DNA of 64,000 bases from Mycobacterium phage prophi79-1. Positions 37,361 to 46,616 of this stretch are shown here, one piece after another (within the stretch, counting starts at the first letter, position 1; each line of letters opens with the position of its first letter). The position numbers and the translations under genes are program-made. The notes beneath the pieces were generated by a model, which saw only the letters and a list, made by a program, of their open reading frames with translations, searched no databases and was not told where the DNA came from. The stretch lies in the sequence record MW584153.1; one strand, 5' to 3'.

Positions 37361-37610
37361 CCCGTCCTCCGACTGTGGTGTTTGCGTGGCGTGGTGTGTA
37401 GGTGGCTTGGTGTTCAGTTGTCGTTAGGTTGGGCTGTTTGCCTTGCCTGTATTCATACTGCCTCAGGGCATGGGTAGTGTCAACACCCGTGAGCGTCCAA
37501 TTCAATTGTATTTAAATAGTATTGGCCGACTTAACAAAGTTTATATAGCCTAAGTAGACGGCATCTGTGAATTTGCCAACTTACGCAGGATGATTCGGAA
37601 CCCCCTGACG
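37361..37610 (-). promoter_or_regulatory. promoter with half-operator plus unusually AT-rich segment (37495-37600) upstream of helicase gene
   Basis: Minus strand: TTGACActacccatg ... TATGAA. Leader ends GGGATGGAACCCGCCGAAATG. AT-rich stretch ttcaattgtatttaaatagtattgg ... aagtttatatagcctaagtag, in contrast to the roughly 65 percent GC overall. Confidence 0.45.
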
Positions 37611-37982
37611 TCATGACTTGGTCTCCGCGTAGCCCAATTCGTCGAGCGCGTTGCCGATGATCTCGCTCGCGTTCTTGTAGTCGTCACCGATCACGACCCA
37701 TTCCTCGCCGACGAAGTCGTACTCACGCTTGGGATTTGTCCGAATGATGAACGCGCGGCTAAAGGGCATTCGGATCGCCCGAACATGACGTGCATCGAGC
37801 AGCTCCAACGTCATCCCGACGATCAAGGACCGGCGGAAAGCCAGCCGTTTGCCTTCCAGTCTTAGCGGTCTGGTGTATATCCAGCGGGCCCGGCTAATGA
37901 GCCATTCGCCACCCACCATGACGCCGAATCCAATCGGAAGGGTGACGATGCCGACGAGGTACCAGGCGAGGGATGGCATCAC
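37611..37982 (-). CDS. membrane protein (123 aa)
   Basis: Two N-terminal TM helices. Operon-coupled to primase gene. Confidence 0.4.
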   Translation of the reverse strand: MMPSLAWYLVGIVTLPIGFGVMVGGEWLISRARWIYTRPLRLEGKRLAFRRSLIVGMTLELLDARHVRAIRMPFSRAFIIRTNPKREYDFVGEEWVVIGDDYKNASEIIGNALDELGYAETKS

Positions 37983-40759
37983 GCGACCCCCTCACCGTCG
38001 ACCGGAGTGAGCACCTCAGCGGCGTACGCGGCGCGGGATGCCTCGACGCCCATGGGGCCCGGGACGTACCGGGCGCCGAGCTTCTGGCCGCTGGCGGTTT
38101 CCAGTAGGCCCCAGCGCAGCGCGTTGTCGACGGCCATGTGCACCTTGTGCTTCCATGCCTTCGGAGAGTCCTTGCGCCTCGCCGTGTACGGGTCCGGCCG
38201 GACGCCAGAGGCGATGTCGGCCCGGGTGACGCCCTGCTCGGTGAACTGGTCGACGAATTTCCGGATCCGTACCGCGGTCTCGATGACGGTCTCTTCGACC
38301 GGCCGCGCCATCTCGATGTGTCCCTGCATCGGGTCCAGACTTCCGTTGGGTCCGGTGATGTACGGGGCGTTGAACTGATCGTCGCTGCGCATCAGCAGCG
38401 GCATCGCCTCTTCCATCTGCTCGGCGTTCTTCTGTTTGGTGGTCGAGAGCTGGATCTTCTTGCCTGAGGGCGGCCGTCCCTCATCGTCAAAAGACTCCGG
38501 TGCGAATTCCCAGGTTCCGTCGCTCACCAATAGCTCGGAGTCCAGCGCCGCGTTGAGCGCCGATGATCCGCGTCCCGAGGTCGGGTTGTTCTTGCCGGTG
38601 TGGTGCACGATCAGGACGCCGGCGTTCGTGAGGCGGCGCATCTGGTCGAACCGCACGACCGCGCGCCCCATCTCGGTGGCGCTGTTCTCTTCGATGCCCA
38701 GGCTCATGCGCGCGAAGGTGTCGAAGATGATCAGGCCGATGCGCTCGCGGATCACGTATTCGGCGAGGGCGCCCCATGCTTCGGTGCTGGCACCGAGTTG
38801 GATGATCGAGTTACCTAGGCGCAGACCGTCGTCGAGCGCAGAATCGTTGATGTCGTGCTGGGCCTCCCAGGCTTTCACGCGTTGGACGGCACCGGACAGG
38901 CCCTCGCCGGGAAGGTAGAGCACCCGGGTCTTGAGTACCTTGCGGCCGCGCCACGCCTTGCCGACGGCGATGTGGCATGCCATGTCTAGGGCAACCGAGG
39001 ACTTGCCGACACCCGGCGGGCCGATGAGGCTGGCGAGACCGCCGTGCTCGATGAGTTTGTCGATGACGTACTGCGGCGGCGGCATGTCGCGCCAGTGCGA
39101 GAACGGCGCGATCATCGGCACGCCCTGGATGTCTGGCTCGAACACCGCGGGGTCGCCGGGATCTGCGTCCGCGAACGGCGACTCGGCCTCGTGGACGTCA
39201 CCCTCGCTGTTGGTGTGAATGAGCGTGTTGTCCGAATCGCGATGCGTTGCGCCGTGAATCAGTTTCTCGCCGCAGGTGTCACAGCTGGCAGCGGGATCAG
39301 GGGTGTCGCGCTCGTACTCACCGAGGTCGCGTTTTATAGCGACGATCTGGGTTTTCACGGAATCGTCGCTGGGGAACTCGTCATGCTCCATGTCGTCGGC
39401 CGGGATCACGGTGCCCGTCACCGAATCTGTGAAGGAAGACCAAGCTATGCACGGTGCTCCACCTGCATTCAGAGCCCAATGGTCGCCGTCGTGGCCGCGC
39501 TCACGACCGCACACATCGACGCCGTCGGATGCTCCGCAGGCGGGCAGCGTGATCTCTTCGCCCGGATCGTGCCCGGCTTCTTCGACGCCGATGTCCTTGG
39601 TGTTGACTCCGGTCTCGCGCTCGATCTCGTGGACTGCGGGGCTGATCCCGATGCCGTCCATGGCCTTGCCGACGCTGCCCTCGTAGGAGGTATACGCGAT
39701 GGCCTGCAGCTTCGAGAGGGTGTTAGTGCCGTGCTCGCTGACGTACTCATCGAACGGCTCGATATCGTGGTCAGTCCAGATATGCAGCGGTGCATTGGTT
39801 TCGGTGTACCGGCCCAATGTGCACCCGCTGTCGTGCGCGGTAGCGGACTTGGGGGAGCTGTGCTCGCCGGGTGCCGTCCAGACCGGGCAGCCGCAGTTGT
39901 CCGGCCGCACGGTCGGCGTCCACCCGAGGGGCTCGAGAATGTCGTCCCACGAGATCGTCTCGGCCCATTCGTCGATGGAGCTGGAAAGCTCACCATCGAC
40001 AGCGTTCTCGACGGTCCGGCTGGCCCTGGACGCGGCCTTCTCGTTGATGACCTCCAGCAGCCATGCGGGGCACTCGTAGTCGCGCCCCACCATTTCGTAC
40101 GCACCCTCGGGTCGTGTGCTGGGCGGGATGAGCACGTACCGGCGGTCCCAGAGGACAGCGAACCCGTCGGTGCCGCCCCAGGTGAGCGAGCCGATGTTGG
40201 TGGGCATCTCGACGCCCTCGGGGACGGTGAACCAGAAGTGCCCGCCGTCGCTGTGTACCCAGTTGCCCTCGGCGTCACGGCTTCCAGGTGTGACGACCGT
40301 GGGCGGCAGCTGTGAGTCCGCGTCGCCGGTGGCGATGTCCAGGAAGCTGCGCTTCTGCGCGAGGGTGTCGCAGTCGACGATCACCAGGCGCGAGCCTCCG
40401 ACCTCGACGGCGATGTTCACCGCGCAGTCGGCGCCGAACGCCTCGATGTAGCGGTCCAGGTACCCGCCCTTGCGGGTCAGAGCGGTCTTGGTGGAGGTCG
40501 CCAGCGCTAGCCCGGACGGGCTCTTTGCCTTGGACCAATCTCGACGGCCTGCTTCTTTGGCGGCCAGCTGCGCGGCTTTGTCCTCGGCCTTGCGTTTGGC
40601 CGGCGTCCGGCCGTCAAACGGTTGCTTGGTGCCGGGAACGACCAGCAGGACAGAGAGTCCAGCTTCGCACGCGGAGTTGATGAATGAGCGGACGGCGGCG
40701 TGATTGGTGTTGTCAACGCCACTGCCCAGGACAGCAGTTATCGCAGATGAACCGAGCAT
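37979..40759 (-). CDS. bifunctional primase-polymerase (Prim-Pol N-terminal domain) fused to AAA/RepA-DnaB-like helicase
   Basis: N-terminal LLVVPGTKQP ... LVIVDCDT Prim-Pol motifs. C-terminal Walker A GPPGVGKSS with RecA-like fold signatures. Confidence 0.65.
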   Translation of the reverse strand: MLGSSAITAVLGSGVDNTNHAAVRSFINSACEAGLSVLLVVPGTKQPFDGRTPAKRKAEDKAAQLAAKEAGRRDWSKAKSPSGLALATSTKTALTRKGGYLDRYIEAFGADCAVNIAVEVGGSRLVIVDCDTLAQKRSFLDIATGDADSQLPPTVVTPGSRDAEGNWVHSDGGHFWFTVPEGVEMPTNIGSLTWGGTDGFAVLWDRRYVLIPPSTRPEGAYEMVGRDYECPAWLLEVINEKAASRASRTVENAVDGELSSSIDEWAETISWDDILEPLGWTPTVRPDNCGCPVWTAPGEHSSPKSATAHDSGCTLGRYTETNAPLHIWTDHDIEPFDEYVSEHGTNTLSKLQAIAYTSYEGSVGKAMDGIGISPAVHEIERETGVNTKDIGVEEAGHDPGEEITLPACGASDGVDVCGRERGHDGDHWALNAGGAPCIAWSSFTDSVTGTVIPADDMEHDEFPSDDSVKTQIVAIKRDLGEYERDTPDPAASCDTCGEKLIHGATHRDSDNTLIHTNSEGDVHEAESPFADADPGDPAVFEPDIQGVPMIAPFSHWRDMPPPQYVIDKLIEHGGLASLIGPPGVGKSSVALDMACHIAVGKAWRGRKVLKTRVLYLPGEGLSGAVQRVKAWEAQHDINDSALDDGLRLGNSIIQLGASTEAWGALAEYVIRERIGLIIFDTFARMSLGIEENSATEMGRAVVRFDQMRRLTNAGVLIVHHTGKNNPTSGRGSSALNAALDSELLVSDGTWEFAPESFDDEGRPPSGKKIQLSTTKQKNAEQMEEAMPLLMRSDDQFNAPYITGPNGSLDPMQGHIEMARPVEETVIETAVRIRKFVDQFTEQGVTRADIASGVRPDPYTARRKDSPKAWKHKVHMAVDNALRWGLLETASGQKLGARYVPGPMGVEASRAAYAAEVLTPVDGEGVA

Positions 40760-40872
40760 TCGGGGGAAATGCCTCTCGGGGTCGGGGGATGTATGAAGTT
40801 GTGCACCGGCTCAGACGATGGGGTTTGTCGTCTCGGGGTAGAGCTGGTGCGAGGGAGCTTACAACGGGTCGG

Positions 40873-41370
40873 TCAGGTGATGAGCAGGTTCCGCACACAT
40901 TCGATTGCGGCCTCCAGATGTCGGTCCCGAATGGCAATGAAGAACCACTGTCGGTGGGGGTTGGTTTGTGCTTGGGCTACAACATCTAGCTTTCGTTCGA
41001 CTTCGCGCTCGACGTACAAGTCCATCCGTAAGAAGATCGGGTCGGCGTGTCGCAGCGCGTCGTCTAGGTACCATTGCGCTTTCTCGATGTCCTGCCGCCC
41101 ATTCTTGAAATCGCTGCGCCACAGGTACTTCACGGCATTTCCGGCGCAGAATGTCATGTTGCGGGTGATCTCGATGCACTCGAACGGTATGCCGGGCTGC
41201 GCGCTGTAGTGCGGGGGATGGTTCACCATGTCTGGCTTCGGTCTTGGCCAGACCAGCCCGTCACAGTTCGAGCCGCCGCAATTGTGTGGAGGCGGCGCCT
41301 CGTCGGTGATCGGGAACGTGCAGCGGCACCCGAGTCCCGGATGTCCACAATGGCAGATGTATTCGCTCAT
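40873..41370 (-). CDS. DUF3310-like phage protein (HYS...FECIEI...NAVKYLWR)
   Basis: Start refined to MSEYICHCG (ATG 41370, ATGA-coupled with DNA pol stop). Confidence 0.45.
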   Translation of the reverse strand: MSEYICHCGHPGLGCRCTFPITDEAPPPHNCGGSNCDGLVWPRPKPDMVNHPPHYSAQPGIPFECIEITRNMTFCAGNAVKYLWRSDFKNGRQDIEKAQWYLDDALRHADPIFLRMDLYVEREVERKLDVVAQAQTNPHRQWFFIAIRDRHLEAAIECVRNLLIT

Positions 41371-43238
41371 ACCTTGGCCCAAGCCCTTCCCATCGGTGCG
41401 CGGTCGGTTCTCAAAATCGGGGCACGCTCCGCCCACCGGATAATGAATTCTGGTGGTGTACGCATGATTTGCTCGACCTCAATGGCCTGCTCCTCGGTGG
41501 CGTCTATGACCAGCTCATCGTGCATACCGAGCACCACCAGGTCGCCGAGACCGCGCCGTTCCATCTCGACGATGGTGTGGGCGAGAAAGTCGTACGCCGA
41601 CCCCTGCACCGTGTAGTTGACCGCGATGTAGCTGCCTTTCGAGTGCACGTGCAGGATGCGTCCCGATGCTGTGACGACCTTGCCGTAGTCCTCGGCGATG
41701 GACTGAACTTTCGTCATCCAGCGCGCGCTGGCGGGCATAGCCGAGAGCATTTGACGGCGGATCTGTGCTGCCTTCTCCTCGCTGGTCTTGGTGCGCCGTG
41801 CCAATCCGGGAATGCCCTGGCCGTACATCGTGGCCAGCAGGTTCACCTTCGCCGATGGTCGATCGATGCCGGCCGCGCGCATCAGTGGTTCGTACAGGTC
41901 ATCCCCGGCCTCATACGGCGCGACGAACACATCGTCCTTGGCCATCAGCCCCATGGTTACCGGCTCGATTTGGCTCCAGTCGATGGACCAGAGCTGTTGT
42001 CCTGGGCCGGTGCACCGAGACTCCATCTCGCCCTTGTCGTTGGTGAACCACTCCACGTTCTCGTCGGCGTTCGGGTTATCGGACAGGAAGATTGGCCGCG
42101 CCTTGGCGGAGAACTGCTGGTACGGGGGCTCGCTGGCGGCCATGCGTCCCGTCGCGCTGGCACCGAGGATGCCGACCTGCGGGTAACACCGTCCCGCCAT
42201 CTGTGCCTGGAAGTCGACCTTGTTGAGGTACCCGAGCACCTTGTCGGTCTTTCCGAGGGTGAGCTGTGCCTGTGCCAGCGGATGGTCGAACTCTTCCAGC
42301 AGTTCCTTGGTCGCCTGCAGCTTGCCGCCCTTGGTGCGGGGCCAATTGGGCGGCAGTTCGCCCAGCTGGTGGATGTACTCGATGATCTTGCCGCCCTTGC
42401 TCGCCCCGCCGACGAGGCCGTGCTCGGCCAGCAGCGCGGCGGCCATTTGGCGATCGCCGTCGACAGATTCGGCATACCGGCTCAGGGCCTCTCGGTCGGT
42501 GTTGATCCCGCGGGCAGTGCGGCGCAACATGACTCGATGCACAGTCTCTTGGACCTCGATCAACGCGTCGGCTTCGGCCTCGGTGGTGGCGCCGTAATGC
42601 ACGAACGGGTGGTCCATCAGCCAGTCCCGGCACAGCTGGCGCATTACCGGTTCCAGTCGCAACGTTGCGATGGTGTCTGCCATCGCGCCCTGGCGGTAGA
42701 TGGGGGAGTCGATGTCCATGCCCTCGTACCCGGCGTCCTCAGACTTGTATCCAGCGGCCTTGAACGCCTTCTTCATTCCGCCGGCGAACTCACCCATGCC
42801 CAGGTACCTGGTCGACAGAGATGACAGGTTCTTGGCCTGCATCACGTCAGGGATCGCCATTCTGGCTAGCACCAAGGTGTCCACCACCTTGTTGACATCC
42901 GCGAGGTTCATGAGGTTGTGGTGGACCAACGCAGGTGCGTCAAACGGGCTGTTGTGCAGGATCAACCGGCCGGCGGCCCAGATCAAATACTGGACTCGCT
43001 TCACGTCGTCGGGATTGCGTCGCGGATCCAAGAGCACTGCGTGCACATTGCCGTCCTGATGCACCCACGATGCGGTAACGCAGTTGATCGTGAATTGGTC
43101 AATCAGACCAGGCGTCTCGATATCGATGGCAATGTCTGTCCCGGTCAGGAACACGTCGGCATACACCCGCGCGTCTTCCCCCGTGTGCAGGTAGGCGTCG
43201 AGCACTGGGTCGTAGTGAGTGCGGTCAGGGACGTGCAT
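41367..43238 (-). CDS. DNA polymerase I (family A) with 3'-5' exonuclease domain
   Basis: Exo motif IAIDIETPGL. Pol motif B RPSAKVNLLATMYGQG. Motif C VLGMHDELVID. Start ATG 43238 (or 43292). Confidence 0.8.
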   Translation of the reverse strand: MHVPDRTHYDPVLDAYLHTGEDARVYADVFLTGTDIAIDIETPGLIDQFTINCVTASWVHQDGNVHAVLLDPRRNPDDVKRVQYLIWAAGRLILHNSPFDAPALVHHNLMNLADVNKVVDTLVLARMAIPDVMQAKNLSSLSTRYLGMGEFAGGMKKAFKAAGYKSEDAGYEGMDIDSPIYRQGAMADTIATLRLEPVMRQLCRDWLMDHPFVHYGATTEAEADALIEVQETVHRVMLRRTARGINTDREALSRYAESVDGDRQMAAALLAEHGLVGGASKGGKIIEYIHQLGELPPNWPRTKGGKLQATKELLEEFDHPLAQAQLTLGKTDKVLGYLNKVDFQAQMAGRCYPQVGILGASATGRMAASEPPYQQFSAKARPIFLSDNPNADENVEWFTNDKGEMESRCTGPGQQLWSIDWSQIEPVTMGLMAKDDVFVAPYEAGDDLYEPLMRAAGIDRPSAKVNLLATMYGQGIPGLARRTKTSEEKAAQIRRQMLSAMPASARWMTKVQSIAEDYGKVVTASGRILHVHSKGSYIAVNYTVQGSAYDFLAHTIVEMERRGLGDLVVLGMHDELVIDATEEQAIEVEQIMRTPPEFIIRWAERAPILRTDRAPMGRAWAKV

Positions 43239-43419
43239 CGTTCTCCTCGGCAGTTGTGAGATTGGGGCACTCGACAAATCGTTCGGGCTCATGTGACCAC
43301 CGATACCCGTGCGGGCCCGGGGCCATTACGGCGAACAATGCAGATGCGCAATCTGGGCAGTCGCCGAGGTCTCCGTATCCAGATGGTTTCGGCGGGTATC
43401 GCAGAACGTGGGCGCTCAC
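43225..43419 (-). CDS. small Cys-containing protein (64 aa)
   Basis: C-terminal part of ORF 43225..43746. GTG at 43419 overlaps upstream stop (GTGA). Motif CPDC...C. Confidence 0.25.
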   Translation of the reverse strand: MSAHVLRYPPKPSGYGDLGDCPDCASALFAVMAPGPHGYRWSHEPERFVECPNLTTAEENDARP

Positions 43420-44207
43420 GCGGCAGCTCTCCGCTCCAGCTCGGCGATGATCAGCGGCATGATGTCGCGAGCGAATGACGTTCCCCGCGTGGCGCGAAGC
43501 TTCACCAGCACCGCGGTCTCGGCGTCGGTGACGTAACTGTTGTCGTGCCGGATATGCGCGACTGCCGACTGCAGTACCTCTCGGGTGATCGAGAGGTCCG
43601 GCTCTGTCTCGGGTTTCACGATCGGCGTAAGGGGCTCGGTGAGCTCCCATATCCCCGTGTCGTTGGCTGGCACCGTGTAGATCGAAGACTTGCCCCCATA
43701 TTCGCACCGATGTGCGGCGTGGGCGAGGCGGCTGTACGGAGTGCACGCGGCGACCGTCAGGCCGAGCTTCGGCTTCACGTTGACCAGGTGCAAGCTGTGT
43801 CCGTCCGTCGCCCAGACGAACGTGCCGGTTACCCTGCCTCGCCCCATTCGATCTGAGGGAGCGTCACACCAGTAGCTCAAACCCAGTGCCGCGCAGGCAG
43901 CGATCGTCTCGACGGTGCCGCGCGGAATGGGCCGCGGCTTGGGTGACTTACTCGGCGGTTTCCACCGGTCCACCACGATTTCGTGCTTGCGCCAGCGCAG
44001 TCCGGCCGCCGCGAGTCCGTCGTTGAAGCCAGGCGATGACGGCTCTCTTGGATCCGGTATCCATGCAGACTCGTCGTCGTAGTTGCTCAGCGGTGGCTGA
44101 TATCTCGTCTTGGTACCTGTGAATTTGGGCGCATACTTCTCGCCGATCTCCCTAGCGCGCTGGAACTTCTTCTCTCGTGTGGCGATCTCATCGATTACTG
44201 ATGGCAT
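43416..44207 (-). CDS. hypothetical protein (263 aa)
   Basis: ORF in leftward early block. Confidence 0.45.
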   Translation of the reverse strand: MPSVIDEIATREKKFQRAREIGEKYAPKFTGTKTRYQPPLSNYDDESAWIPDPREPSSPGFNDGLAAAGLRWRKHEIVVDRWKPPSKSPKPRPIPRGTVETIAACAALGLSYWCDAPSDRMGRGRVTGTFVWATDGHSLHLVNVKPKLGLTVAACTPYSRLAHAAHRCEYGGKSSIYTVPANDTGIWELTEPLTPIVKPETEPDLSITREVLQSAVAHIRHDNSYVTDAETAVLVKLRATRGTSFARDIMPLIIAELERRAAA

Positions 44208-44275
44208 GGGTTCTGTCCCTTCGATGTGTCGGTTCAGTCCGACGCTGTGGTGGAGCGGGATGTGCGGTTATGGCG

Positions 44276-44527
44276 CTATAACGCTGGAACGATCCTGCGC
44301 AGTGCAGTGTCGATGTGGGCGTCCCCGTAGTCGCCGTAGGCCCATGGACGCTCCCAGCCGCGACGACTGACCTCATTGAGTAGATCCCAGCGGTATCGCA
44401 TATTCAGGTCTCGGACCTGGTCGGCGCGCGGGAACTCGCCGCTGCGATACCGCTCCCGACGCTCCGCGGTGTCGAGCGGCTCGATGGCGGTGCGCAGCTG
44501 GTCGTAGTGTGCGCTGGTCATTTTCAT
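44276..44527 (-). CDS. hypothetical protein (83 aa)
   Basis: ORF. Confidence 0.4.
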   Translation of the reverse strand: MKMTSAHYDQLRTAIEPLDTAERRERYRSGEFPRADQVRDLNMRYRWDLLNEVSRRGWERPWAYGDYGDAHIDTALRRIVPAL

Positions 44528-44706
44528 GAGTCACTGTCGTCCGTGCGATGGCGGCCGACGTATTGGTTCTGCGAAGACCGCGGACAAATCAGAGGAGCGC
44601 GGGTGAAGAAGTACGGAGCCGCATGTCGACCCTCGTCCCATAGCGGGTGCAAGGGCGTAATACCCATTTCAATGCGGCCGACGACCGTGAATCCAGCGAG
44701 GTTCAT
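44524..44706 (-). CDS. small hypothetical protein (60 aa)
   Basis: ATGA-coupled series. Confidence 0.3.
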   Translation of the reverse strand: MNLAGFTVVGRIEMGITPLHPLWDEGRHAAPYFFTRAPLICPRSSQNQYVGRHRTDDSDS

Positions 44707-44915
44707 CGGCCACCTCCACGGTTGCGAACTCCCTCGATTGCATAACCGATCAGTGGACGCGCCACCTCAATGTCGACCCCCGGCGTCAGCCATGTGGCGA
44801 TCAGTTCTACGATTCCGCGGTCGTAGTCGATGTCACCACGTCCATTGAACTCTGAGAGTGAGGCGGCGGCCTCCAGCATCTCGGTGACGTTGGGCGTGGA
44901 GTCGTGCGCGCTCAT
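44703..44915 (-). CDS. small hypothetical protein (70 aa)
   Basis: ATGA-coupled series. Confidence 0.35.
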   Translation of the reverse strand: MSAHDSTPNVTEMLEAAASLSEFNGRGDIDYDRGIVELIATWLTPGVDIEVARPLIGYAIEGVRNRGGGR

Positions 44916-45205
44916 CGTGCACCGTCCTCAAGCCAGCCGATTACCTGGTCGGTGACATCGGTCCGCGCGACGACGGTTTGACGGCTCGACCGCAGCTGGC
45001 CGTCGCGGATGTGAACCCCGACCTGAGTGGTCACACCGTCGCGGGTGCGCTCGGCGGTGAAGTACCGCGGGTCCCGCCGGCGCACAGCCCATCCGAAGTC
45101 GAGCGCCTGGCGCTCCAAGAACATCGACGTGGTGTAGTCGATCTGCGTTCCGAGATCGGGCGCTGGGCCCGTCGCACCGGGGAACTGGATCACGATGGCG
45201 CTCAT
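44912..45205 (-). CDS. hypothetical protein (97 aa)
   Basis: ATGA-coupled series. Confidence 0.35.
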   Translation of the reverse strand: MSAIVIQFPGATGPAPDLGTQIDYTTSMFLERQALDFGWAVRRRDPRYFTAERTRDGVTTQVGVHIRDGQLRSSRQTVVARTDVTDQVIGWLEDGAR

Positions 45206-45582
45206 GCGAACACCCCACGTGGCGTGGTGCTGATGGCGTTCAGTGCGCGAAGTGCCATGCGGTACTCGAACTTCTGGGCCTGTGTCCAGCTGTAGCCGGG
45301 GAATGCGCGTTTGATCGTGGTTCGTCCGCGTCCGATGGTTCGGGCTACCTCTCGATAGTTCGCACCGTCTTCGAGCAGTCGAAGTGCCGTTGCGCGTTCC
45401 TCTTCGGTCAAGGGCGCGGGGGTGGGAGTGACCGGTAGGCCGGCAGCCTTGCGGTCACGTAAGACGGTGCGATCGCTGACGCCGAGCTTGACCGCGATCT
45501 CTTGGTCGGTGTAGCCCCCACGCGAAAGTGTCGCGACGCGGGCGACTCGCTCTTGGATGCTGCTGAAATGGGCATGAGACAT
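45202..45582 (-). CDS. tandem-HTH DNA-binding protein (sigma-70 region 4 / resolvase-type HTH)
   Basis: Start refined to MSHAHFSS (ATG 45582) directly after module copy 4. HTH GYTDQEIAVKLGVSDRTVLRDRK and a second one ANYREVARTIGRGRTTIKR. Confidence 0.5.
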   Translation of the reverse strand: MSHAHFSSIQERVARVATLSRGGYTDQEIAVKLGVSDRTVLRDRKAAGLPVTPTPAPLTEEERATALRLLEDGANYREVARTIGRGRTTIKRAFPGYSWTQAQKFEYRMALRALNAISTTPRGVFA

Positions 45583-45662
45583 AAGGTTCGTTCCTTCCGT
45601 CGGTGGGTTTGTTCCCTGCCTGACTGGACTGACATTACCCATTACCATGGGTAGAGTCAACA
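45583..45662 (-). promoter_or_regulatory. leftward promoter-operator-leader module (copy 4)
   Basis: Minus strand: TTGACT - palindrome TACCCATggtaATGGGTA - TAATGT, leader CAGGCAGGGAACAAACCCACC, RBS GGAAGGAACGAACC, ATG. Confidence 0.6.
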
Positions 45663-45804
45663 ACTCGGGCCGATGGGATATCGGCTGTGAGCTGCAATGA
45701 TGCTGCGCGAATCTACCCGGGTCTAAAGGTAATTCAGTGGGTGCGGCGGTGCCGACCCTGACGATGACAATGCCATAGGTTCTCGGTGCTGTCGCGCACC
45801 GCGC

Positions 45805-46059
45805 CTATGAGGTCGCGGCGAAACCTACCCGCGCGCCCCGTCGCATGCGTGATTTGTCGAGCTGGATCGCCAGCATGAGTGCCTCGCGCGGGCCGTCGGC
45901 GAGAGCGGATAGAAGGTCCGGCAGCACCCCTCGCGCGTCCAGTTCTTCGGCGAGTGTGGCTAGTGCTCCGGTCTGCCGTTGTGATGGTGGCATCTGGCTG
46001 ATCGAGCCGAGCCCGAAGGCGACCACAGCAACGGTCTGATGTTCGAGTGGACGGGTCAT
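45805..46059 (-). CDS. hypothetical protein (84 aa)
   Basis: ORF coupled to next gene. Confidence 0.35.
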   Translation of the reverse strand: MTRPLEHQTVAVVAFGLGSISQMPPSQRQTGALATLAEELDARGVLPDLLSALADGPREALMLAIQLDKSRMRRGARVGFAATS

Positions 46060-46616
46060 TTCTTGCGACCTTTCGCCGCGGTGCGTGCAGTGTCGATCGC
46101 GGCCTGGGTGAGGCGGTAGGCCCGTTTGTCGCGATGCGGATCAGTGAACGGATCTACCTGCGGCGTCCGCGATTTGGTGGGTTTGGCCTGATCAGAGCGG
46201 GGTAGTGGCTTGCGTTCACCGGCGTAGACCTGTCGCGCTACCTCGGCGGCGACGTTCAGGTTCTCGTGCAGTCCGAAGCTGCAGTAGCGGCCGTCGACCT
46301 TGATGCGAACGTGGTACTTGCCCGATTGCTGGTTGAAGCTGACACCGCGTACTCCGGTGCCGCTGCGCGGTGACGCTGACTCGCTCACCGTGTACGGCTT
46401 GCGCGGCCCCGCAGCTGGTCTGCGCTCGCTGCTGTACCGCGCCCTGGTGTTGGCGCCCGGTGCGAGCTTTCCCGCAGCCGCGAGTGCAGCTGTTTGCTCG
46501 GCCTCGCCCTGGTCATCGAAGTAGCCGTAGCTTCCGGCGTGCGGTCCGCGCCGAAGGTGCACACGCCACCGGCCAGCCGAGGGCGCCCAATACACGCCTG
46601 GCACAGTGGATTTCAT
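46056..46616 (-). CDS. double AP2-domain DNA-binding protein; first leftward gene at switch region (candidate regulator)
   Basis: Two AP2-like segments GVYWAPSAGRWRVHL...GYFDDQGEAEQTA and GVSFNQQSGKYHVRIKVDGRYCSFGLHENLNVAAEVA. Start close to a -10-like TATGTT (possible leaderless). Confidence 0.45.
   Translation of the reverse strand: MKSTVPGVYWAPSAGRWRVHLRRGPHAGSYGYFDDQGEAEQTAALAAAGKLAPGANTRARYSSERRPAAGPRKPYTVSESASPRSGTGVRGVSFNQQSGKYHVRIKVDGRYCSFGLHENLNVAAEVARQVYAGERKPLPRSDQAKPTKSRTPQVDPFTDPHRDKRAYRLTQAAIDTARTAAKGRKK

Noticed and set aside
38007-40680. Multiple sense-strand ORFs (38436..38918, 39044..40315 and others) inside the primase-helicase region
   Set aside because: All overlap the 926-aa leftward Prim-Pol/helicase gene, which carries clear catalytic motifs. 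These are antisense artefacts.
43225-43746. 173-aa track ORF overlapping both DNA polymerase start and upstream gene
   Set aside because: Only its last 64 codons (GTG 43419, GTGA-coupled) fit between neighbouring genes. The rest overlaps a better-supported gene.
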